From: a virus
IMG/VR virus record: IMGVR_UViG_3300032328_000071
Coordinates: 1-36,484 of that record
Direction: 5' to 3' (one strand)
DNA length: 36,484 bases
A program made the position numbers and the translations under genes. A model generated the notes under the pieces. It searched no databases and was not told where the DNA came from. It was given only the letters and a program-made list of their open reading frames with translations. This document shows, piece after piece, positions 29,937 to 36,484 of the stretch. Each line of letters starts with the position of its first letter. Position 1 is the first letter of the stretch.

Positions 29937-32309
29937 ATGAGTTTATCAAGTTCCAAACAAAGTTCAGAGTCAAAGCTTGACCCTCAATTTAAAGAGGCTT
30001 ATCTTCAGAATTTGACTGATGCCAGAGGCATTGCCGCAAATTTAACTCCAAGAGAGTTTGCGGGTTACAACCAAGATCAGTTAACTGGCGCTCAGATTGC
30101 CCGTAACTTTGCCGATCCAAATAGCGAAGTGTTTACTGGTATGCGTTCTGCTTTTGATGTTGCAGGGCGTGTAGCTAATTACAACCCACAAAATGTTGCC
30201 TATAACGCTTATGGTGGTGCTACTGTAGACCCCGCATCTTTGGCTGCTCAACAAGGTTATAACGCTACTACTGGTACTTTTACTGGTGCAGGACCCGCTT
30301 CTCAGTTTGCTGGAGCGCAAGCATCACCTGCTTCTTTAGCGCAAGCTACTGGCTATACCTCACAAGGGTTTAGCGGTCAAACTGCTGCTGCTCCGTCTAT
30401 GTTTACTGGAGTTGGCGCAGGTACTTCTGCTACGGCAGTTGGACAAGGCTATAACGCTGAAAGATTTGGTGGTATTAGCGCTGGCGCTGCAGAAAGAGCA
30501 AATGCCGCTGCTTTAGCCCGTGGTGATATTCGTGATGTTTCTGCCCAACAAATTGCCGCAGAACGTGTTGCCGCAGAGCGTATTGCCGCCCAACAAGCCG
30601 CTGCCGCACAAGCCGCCCGTAGTGGTGCAAGGGATGTATCTGCTACTGGTGTAACAGGCGCACAAGTTACTTCTGAGGCTTTGGGACAGATTGCTCCACA
30701 AGCTCGTTCCAATGTACGTGATATTCAAGCTGGATCATTCTTAAATCAGAATATTCAGCAGTATATGAATCCATATACACAAGCTGTGACTGAACAAAGT
30801 TTAAGGGATTTAGAGCGTTCACGCCAGTTGCAACAACAACAGACTGCGGCTCAAGCTACTCAAGCTCGTGCTTTTGGTGGATCTCGCCAAGGTGTAGCAG
30901 AAGCAGAGACTAATCGTGCATTCGGAGAGAATGCTGCTCGATTGGTTGCCCAACAGAATGCTGCTGCTTATGCTGCAGCGCAACAAGCTTCTGAGGCTGA
31001 TATTGCTCGTACCATGCAAGCACAGCAGCTTAATCAAGCTCAAGATGCCGCTACTACTCAACAAGCCTTACAGTTGGCAGGTCAGTTTGGTTTGGCTAAT
31101 CAAGATGCTAATTTACGTGCGGCTTTGGCTAACCAAGGTGTTGATGTTCAGTATGGCTTGACAAATGCTCAGTTGCAACAACAAGCAACATTGGCAAACC
31201 AAGATGCTAATTTACGTGCTTCACTTGCCAACCAATCCACTGGATTACAAGCGCAACAGTTAAACCAAGCTTCTGCCTTACAAGCCGCACAAGCTAATCA
31301 AGATGCCTCATTAAGAGCTGCCCTTGCAAATCAGGGTGTTGATCTAAGTGTTGGGCAGTTAAACACTCAAAATACTCAACAAGCAAATCTTGCTAATCAA
31401 GCTGCCGCCAATCAAATGGCTCAGTACAACGCAAGTAACTTACAGCAAGCAGGTTTATCATCTCAAGCTGCGGCTAACCAAGCGGCTCAGTTTGGCGCAC
31501 AAGCAGGTAATCAAGCTTCACTTGCAAACCAAGCGGCTCAGAACCAAATGGCTCAATATAACACTAGCAATTTCCAACAAGCTGGTTTAGCCAATCAAGC
31601 AGCAGGTAATGCTCAAGCTCAGTTTAATGCCCAACAACTCCAACAAGCTGGTTTAGCTTCTCAAGCGGCTGCCAATCAAGCGGCTCAGTTCGGTGCTGGC
31701 GCTCAGAACACATTAGCCGCACAAAATGCTGCAGCGCAAAATGCCTTGGCTCAGTTTAATGCAGCTAATTTGCAACAAGCAGGGTTAAGTAATGTTGCGG
31801 CTCAGAACCAACAAAATCAGTTTAATGCCGCTAATCAGCAAGCAATGAGCCTAGCAAATTTAGGCTTCCAAAACCAAGCTTCACAGTTTGGTGCTTCTGC
31901 ATTTAACCAAGCAGGTTTGGCTAATCAAGCGGCTCTAAATGCTCGTGCTGCCCAACAAGCAGGATTGACTCAACAAGCAGGAATAACTAATGCAAATAAC
32001 TTCTTGCAAGCTAACTTGGCTAATCAGCAAGCAGGTTTGACTGCTAACCAACAGCGTTTAGGTGCTTCTGGCTTGATGTCAAATATTGCTCAAGGTGGTC
32101 AACAAATGGGCTTTGCTGGCGCACAGAACTTGCTCAATATTGGTGGTCAACAACAGCAGTTCTCACAACAACAGTTGGATGCCATCCGCAATCTGCCATT
32201 GGAGCAACAACAGATTATCAACCAAGCATTGGGACTCAATGTGGGTGGTGGCTCTGGTGCAACAAGTCAATCAAGCGGTTCAAGCTTTGGTGGAAGCTTA
32301 CTCAAATAA
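29937..32309 (+). CDS. Ala/Gln/Asn-rich repetitive virion protein (790 aa; putative internal/ejection protein)
   Basis: Long ORF with a central ...YMNPYTQAV...AFGGSRQGVAEAE... block, then 33-aa and roughly 18-aa repeats. First of three large genes ending in the SLT protein. Confidence 0.82.
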   Translation: MSLSSSKQSSESKLDPQFKEAYLQNLTDARGIAANLTPREFAGYNQDQLTGAQIARNFADPNSEVFTGMRSAFDVAGRVANYNPQNVAYNAYGGATVDPASLAAQQGYNATTGTFTGAGPASQFAGAQASPASLAQATGYTSQGFSGQTAAAPSMFTGVGAGTSATAVGQGYNAERFGGISAGAAERANAAALARGDIRDVSAQQIAAERVAAERIAAQQAAAAQAARSGARDVSATGVTGAQVTSEALGQIAPQARSNVRDIQAGSFLNQNIQQYMNPYTQAVTEQSLRDLERSRQLQQQQTAAQATQARAFGGSRQGVAEAETNRAFGENAARLVAQQNAAAYAAAQQASEADIARTMQAQQLNQAQDAATTQQALQLAGQFGLANQDANLRAALANQGVDVQYGLTNAQLQQQATLANQDANLRASLANQSTGLQAQQLNQASALQAAQANQDASLRAALANQGVDLSVGQLNTQNTQQANLANQAAANQMAQYNASNLQQAGLSSQAAANQAAQFGAQAGNQASLANQAAQNQMAQYNTSNFQQAGLANQAAGNAQAQFNAQQLQQAGLASQAAANQAAQFGAGAQNTLAAQNAAAQNALAQFNAANLQQAGLSNVAAQNQQNQFNAANQQAMSLANLGFQNQASQFGASAFNQAGLANQAALNARAAQQAGLTQQAGITNANNFLQANLANQQAGLTANQQRLGASGLMSNIAQGGQQMGFAGAQNLLNIGGQQQQFSQQQLDAIRNLPLEQQQIINQALGLNVGGGSGATSQSSGSSFGGSLLK

Positions 32310-32318
32310 GGAACTATC

Positions 32319-33893
32319 ATGGAATTTCTATTGCCAAAAGGCCAACTTAAAGGCTTATCTGAAGAAGATCAAAAAGCTGCTAAAGATGAAGCCTTTAATC
32401 AGTTCTTGTTAGGTAGCATCTTTGGTGGCGGTGGTATTTCTACTGGCTATCAAGCTGTCCAGAATATTATCCCTAACTTGCAAAAGCAAAGACAACAACA
32501 AGGTTTGTTGCAAGAGCTAGGTGCAATTAATAAAGAGTTTTTCCCAACTCCAGAACAAGAGCAAGCTCAAGCCCTCAATGCTAATCTTGGAAGACCTAGA
32601 ACGGCATCTAGCCCATATGCTTTGAGTACGGCATTAGGTATGCCACAAGATAGAGTTGCGCCTCAAGCCCTTCAAGGTGAAGCACCTAACTATGCTGATT
32701 TGCAAACTAGGTTAGCTCGGTTATCTTTGAATCCTAATGCGGCTTCAATGATTCCTGCATTGTCATCTGCATTTGGTGCATTTAAGCCAACTGTTACTGA
32801 TGGTGTGGTTACTGACATTAGAAACAGGCCAACTGCTGTCATTCCTCGTATGGACACTAAAACTGGTATGCAGTTTGGTGGCAACGTAGAGGGTGGAAAT
32901 GTAAACTTCAATGCAGGGGCTATACCTGGCTTTGCAAATGCACAAGCTAGAAATACATTGCCACCATTAGCTATAGGTCAAGAATATACATTTGACAGAA
33001 ACGGCAATGTATCAGGTGTACGTACTGCGGATGGGGCATTTATGTCTCTTGAAGAGCTTGCAAGAGCAAAAGCAGTCGGTGAATCCGCAGGTAAAGCTGA
33101 GAGAGTTTTGAATAAAGTAACAGGCGAAATGGAGTTAAGACCACTATCATCAATACTTAACCCTCCTAAAGTTGGTCAAGGTGGTGCAGGTCAAGGATCT
33201 GGCGCAGTTGTAGAAGCTTCTCCAGCGCAAAAAACATTAGATCTTGCGGCTAATGATCGCTTTTTAGCATTTTCTAAAAGTAGCTTAGAGTCTGCAAGTA
33301 GTGCTGGTGGTCGAAAGATTGCTGCTGAACAACTTTATGACCTTGCAACACAAGTTAATAACAATAAGTTAACTGGTTTGCAAGCAGGTATTGCTAGTTA
33401 TATGAATGCAATACCAGGCGTTGGTAAGTTATTTGAGCAAGATATTACTGATGTAACTCGCATGACGCAGTTAATTAAAACAGCTCAATTGGATAAAACT
33501 GCTGCTCAAAAAGGCGCTGCCAGTAACTTTGATGCTAAAACAATTGGTGAAAGCTACGCATCTATAACAGATCCTGCTTCATCAACACGGATGGCTGCTG
33601 CTTTTGAGGTTGCATTAGCTGACAAAGATATTGCACAAAATCAGTTTGTTGAAAACTACACGGGCGATCCTAAAAAGGCAATGACAGCATGGCAAAACTC
33701 TCCAGATAACAAGCCTCTGTTCAATCACCCTAAATTTAATCAGTTCTTAAGCGAACAAGTTAATACATGGGTGCAACGTGGCGCAGAAGGCAAGCCTGTA
33801 CTTCCTGCTGGTTTCCAATTTGGAACAGGCAAGACTTCTGGTTCTTATTTGATTAAGAAACCTGATGGCACAATTTATCGCATAGGTCAATAA
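32319..33893 (+). CDS. Internal-virion-type protein (524 aa)
   Basis: AAGGA lies upstream. TAATG junction with the next gene. Confidence 0.78.
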   Translation: MEFLLPKGQLKGLSEEDQKAAKDEAFNQFLLGSIFGGGGISTGYQAVQNIIPNLQKQRQQQGLLQELGAINKEFFPTPEQEQAQALNANLGRPRTASSPYALSTALGMPQDRVAPQALQGEAPNYADLQTRLARLSLNPNAASMIPALSSAFGAFKPTVTDGVVTDIRNRPTAVIPRMDTKTGMQFGGNVEGGNVNFNAGAIPGFANAQARNTLPPLAIGQEYTFDRNGNVSGVRTADGAFMSLEELARAKAVGESAGKAERVLNKVTGEMELRPLSSILNPPKVGQGGAGQGSGAVVEASPAQKTLDLAANDRFLAFSKSSLESASSAGGRKIAAEQLYDLATQVNNNKLTGLQAGIASYMNAIPGVGKLFEQDITDVTRMTQLIKTAQLDKTAAQKGAASNFDAKTIGESYASITDPASSTRMAAAFEVALADKDIAQNQFVENYTGDPKKAMTAWQNSPDNKPLFNHPKFNQFLSEQVNTWVQRGAEGKPVLPAGFQFGTGKTSGSYLIKKPDGTIYRIGQ

Positions 33894-36034
33894 TGGCAAC
33901 TAAAGACGAAATCTTTGCTTTTGCTGCTCAAGAGGCAGAGCGCCAAGGTGTTCCTCTTTCGTTGGTACAGGGCGTAGTTGATACAGAGTCTGGTGGTGTT
34001 TTTAACGCTATAGGACCTAAGACTAAAACTGGTGATCGTGCTTATGGTCCTATGCAGTTGATGAGTTCTACTGCAAAAGATCTTGGTGTTAACAGGATGG
34101 AATGGAAAGATAACATTCGAGGTGGTGTTAAATATCTAAGCCAGTTATCACAAAGATACGATAACCCCGATTTGGTTCTTGCCGCATATAACGCAGGGTT
34201 GGGTAATGTAGACAAGTATGGCGGTATTCCACCATTTAAAGAAACACAAAACTATGTTCAAAAGGTTAAAAACTTTATGGCTAAATCTACAACTGATGAT
34301 GAGTTTGTTCCTTTCGGACAAGGTACAGCAACTCAAGCGCCTATTCAAAATGTAGGTGCTGATGAGTTTGTTCCATTTACTGGCACACAAAGACAAGTTC
34401 AACAACAACCTCAACAAACTGGTGGTAGCCAGTTTATGCAAGACGTTCAAGCAAGCTTTAGACCATTAGATGTGTTGCGTGGCAAGACTACTACTGGACA
34501 ATTAATCTTTGGTACTGCTGACTTGATGGCTCAAGGAATTAAAAAAGGCTTAAGTGCGGCTGGATTGTCTGATGAATACCTTGGAATTGATCGCACTAAA
34601 CAACCTGTTGCCACACCTACTCAATCTATTAGCGACATTTTAAGAGGCACTTACAAAGTTGCCACAGAGCGTCCTGGTCTATTAGTTGGTGGGCTTGGTA
34701 CTGGTTTGCTTGACCCTGCTAACTTGGTATTGCCTGGTGCTATGCAGAAATCTATGGTTGCTGCTACCCCAACTGCAATTGCACAGATGGCTCCTAAAAC
34801 TGTTGCTTTAGCTCAAAACATTGGTGCTGGTTCTGGTACTGCCGCACTTTCATCTGCTGCTGGACAACAGGCTACAACAGGTACTATCAATCCTGCTCAA
34901 GTAATGAATGAGGCCGCTGTTGGTGGCATTTTGACTGCTCCTACTGCTACTGTTAGTGGATTAAGTACACCAAAAACGCCAGCTAATTTAACTCAGGCTC
35001 AATTAGTTGCTGAACGTGCGATTGCACAAGGCGCTACATTGCCTCCAACTCAAGTTAATCCATCTTTTTTAAACAGGCTTATTGAAGGTATATCTGGTAA
35101 ACAACAAACAAGCCAAATTGCTTCAGTCAAGAATCAGCAATTAGTTAATGAACAAGCTCGTAAAGCTTTAAATCTTGCTCCTGATGTTGAAATTACACCA
35201 CAAGTGTTGCAACAATTTAGAGCTGAAAAGGGTTTGGCATACGATGCTTTAAGAGCGAATCCTACTTATTATTCAGACAAACAGTTTTTCTCTGATCTTG
35301 GCAAAGAAACGTCTAGGCTACAAAACATGAAGTCTTTAGATGTATCGGCAGAATTAAATTTGTTGAACAATTTAAAACAAATCAATTTCAATGGGGATGA
35401 GTTGGTTGAGTCAATTAAACGACTAAGAGATAGCGCACAAACAAACTCATCACCTTTTGCCAATGCTAGGGATAAAGATCTTGGTAGAGCGCAAAAGTTT
35501 GCTGCACAACAATTAGAAAATCTTGCAGAACGGAATCTTCAAAACTTTAATCAACCTGATGTAATGGCAAACTTTAAGCAAGCCCGTCAGGATATTGCTA
35601 AAAGTTACACCATTGAAAAAGCATTAAACGCTACTACTGGAAATGTATCTGGTGCTGATTTAGGAACTCTTGCCAGAAAAGGTAAGATTGTTCCTGCTGA
35701 ACTACAAACCTTGGCAAATGCAGCAGGTGCATATCCAACTGCATTTCAAAATGTAGCAAGGATTGGTAGTGTTCCAGGCTTTAGCCCACTAGACATTGGA
35801 ACTGCTGGTATCGCTAGTGCTGCCGCAGGTAATCCATCTGTTATGTTGAGTGCCGCAACAAGACCGACATTGCGTTCTCTTGCAGTTTCTCCAATGTACC
35901 AGCGCAATATGTTGCCTAGTTCGCAACCACAAGTGCCAGGACTATTAAACAGAGTAACTTCTAATCCTATGACTAACTATGGATTAGGACAGTTGCCTGA
36001 ATATGGTACTGAGCGTTTCTTGCTCCCAAGATAA
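33893..36034 (+). CDS. Internal virion protein with N-terminal lytic transglycosylase (SLT) domain
   Basis: SLT motifs VVDTESGG, GPMQLM and AAYNAGLGNV within the first ~110 aa, followed by a long C-terminal extension. Confidence 0.88.
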   Translation: MATKDEIFAFAAQEAERQGVPLSLVQGVVDTESGGVFNAIGPKTKTGDRAYGPMQLMSSTAKDLGVNRMEWKDNIRGGVKYLSQLSQRYDNPDLVLAAYNAGLGNVDKYGGIPPFKETQNYVQKVKNFMAKSTTDDEFVPFGQGTATQAPIQNVGADEFVPFTGTQRQVQQQPQQTGGSQFMQDVQASFRPLDVLRGKTTTGQLIFGTADLMAQGIKKGLSAAGLSDEYLGIDRTKQPVATPTQSISDILRGTYKVATERPGLLVGGLGTGLLDPANLVLPGAMQKSMVAATPTAIAQMAPKTVALAQNIGAGSGTAALSSAAGQQATTGTINPAQVMNEAAVGGILTAPTATVSGLSTPKTPANLTQAQLVAERAIAQGATLPPTQVNPSFLNRLIEGISGKQQTSQIASVKNQQLVNEQARKALNLAPDVEITPQVLQQFRAEKGLAYDALRANPTYYSDKQFFSDLGKETSRLQNMKSLDVSAELNLLNNLKQINFNGDELVESIKRLRDSAQTNSSPFANARDKDLGRAQKFAAQQLENLAERNLQNFNQPDVMANFKQARQDIAKSYTIEKALNATTGNVSGADLGTLARKGKIVPAELQTLANAAGAYPTAFQNVARIGSVPGFSPLDIGTAGIASAAAGNPSVMLSAATRPTLRSLAVSPMYQRNMLPSSQPQVPGLLNRVTSNPMTNYGLGQLPEYGTERFLLPR

Positions 36035-36035
36035 C

Positions 36036-36128
36036 ATGAAAGATTGGCTGTTTGCAATCATTGCAGCAGTCAGTATTACTGTCTTTGTGGCCTTTTGTAG
36101 CTACATAATTGTTTGGGCGTACCCGTGA
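36036..36128 (+). CDS. Possible 30-aa membrane peptide; not in the ORF track
   Basis: Translation MKDWLFAIIAAVSITVFVAFCSYIIVWAYP. Its stop overlaps GTG 36125. Confidence 0.35.
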   Translation: MKDWLFAIIAAVSITVFVAFCSYIIVWAYP

Positions 36129-36277
36129 AATGGTTACTAATGTCATCAATATTGTTTACATTGGTGGCATCTAGTAAAGATAAAACTGAATATAAATGTG
36201 TCAGGTGGGCGTGGACAGGTGATGTTTACAACCGAAAAGTAGTATGCCTTGAGTGGCAAAAGGTAGATAAGAGATGA
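36125..36277 (+). CDS. Possible small secreted/membrane protein (50 aa, GTG start; alternative ATG 36140); not in the ORF track
   Basis: (M)KWLLMSSILFTLVASSKD... is signal-peptide-like. Its stop overlaps ATG 36274 (ATGA). Confidence 0.35.
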   Translation: MKWLLMSSILFTLVASSKDKTEYKCVRWAWTGDVYNRKVVCLEWQKVDKR

Positions 36278-36484
36278 TTCCCATCGATCCTCTAACCGCT
36301 TTAGCTGGCATACAGTCAGCAATCAGCATGGTCAAGAAGGCAGCTAATGTTGCCAATGACTTAGGCTCACTTGCGCCCATGATTGGTAAGCTATTTGACG
36401 CTAAGTCTGTAGCTACAAAAGCCATGCTTCAGGCTAAACAGTCTGGCAAAGGCTCAAACATGGGTACGGCTTTGCAGATTGAGA
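36274..36484 (+). CDS. 5' part of the junction-spanning gene (continues at 124..416 of the window)
   Basis: ATG 36274 is preceded by an in-frame TAA two codons upstream, and the ORF is open to the window end. Confidence 0.6.
   Translation, partial: MIPIDPLTALAGIQSAISMVKKAANVANDLGSLAPMIGKLFDAKSVATKAMLQAKQSGKGSNMGTALQIE
36362..36484. repeat. Terminal direct repeat copy 2 (identical to 1..123)
   Basis: Exact identity, read directly. Confidence 0.95.

Noticed and set aside
30449-31590. Five alternative-frame or antisense ORFs (63-87 aa) inside the Ala/Gln/Asn-rich gene, plus 32086..32412
   Set aside because: They are produced by repetitive GCN/CAA/AAY codon usage, which removes stop codons in other frames. 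They have no independent start signals.
1-36484. Search for tRNA, rRNA, CRISPR arrays, integrase/att sites, transposases, reverse transcriptase/DGR, DNA polymerase
   Set aside because: No cloverleaf-compatible sequence (GTTCRANYC T-loop context) appears in any intergenic gap. There are no regularly spaced repeat arrays. No ORF carries integrase, transposase, RT or polymerase motifs. Absence is by eye only.

Overview
The window is a complete tailed dsDNA phage genome of about 36.36 kb. It has been opened at an arbitrary point: bases 1-123 are identical to 36362-36484, and one gene spans that junction.

Gene order, left to right:
- Membrane/lysis cassette (36036..36484 continuing into 1..2338): small membrane proteins, a lipoprotein, a holin candidate, an i-spanin with an embedded o-spanin, and a GH19 endolysin.
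- Two + strand accessory genes: an HExxH protein and an HTH-metallophosphoesterase.
- Leftward early operon (6457 down to 3869, minus strand): Sak/Rad52-like annealase, a small protein with an SSB-like tail, a wHTH protein, MazG, and a very acidic protein.
- Rightward operon (6590..12224): wHTH protein, putative replisome organiser, C5 DNA methyltransferase, RusA, PAPS-reductase-like protein, SAM methyltransferase, and an HNH/Ref-like nuclease.
- A 583-nt (12318..12900), repeat-rich region with no convincing ORF, then the late module (12901..36034): TerS, TerL, lysine-rich small proteins, portal, scaffold, major capsid, a glycosyltransferase, fibre-like proteins, and three large internal-virion-type proteins, the last carrying an SLT domain.

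I saw no tape-measure, sheath, tRNA, CRISPR, integrase or DNA polymerase genes. The architecture is podovirus-like by inference. Genes are very tightly packed; I verified about nineteen ATGA stop/start overlaps by eye.

Strongest finding: the C5-methyltransferase gene (8402..9133, TTG start) is shadowed over its whole length by a second open frame (8406..9128). That second frame has the ATG start and the ATGA coupling to the upstream gene. Its translation looks like a recurrent 'hypothetical protein' pattern whose motifs are the +1-frame images of the Dcm motifs. This is either an overprinted gene or a systematically misannotated shadow ORF.

Other points worth a second look:
- The structured HNH-to-TerS region, a candidate cos or regulatory region with iterons, a tandem repeat and a C5/G5 tract island.
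- A 15-mer shared by two regulatory regions.
- A 17/18-identical 18-mer that starts on the stop codon of two genes.
- A glycosyltransferase inside the structural module.
- A 790-aa Ala/Gln/Asn-rich repeat protein.

All functional calls rest on motifs read by eye and on remembered family signatures. No database search was possible.
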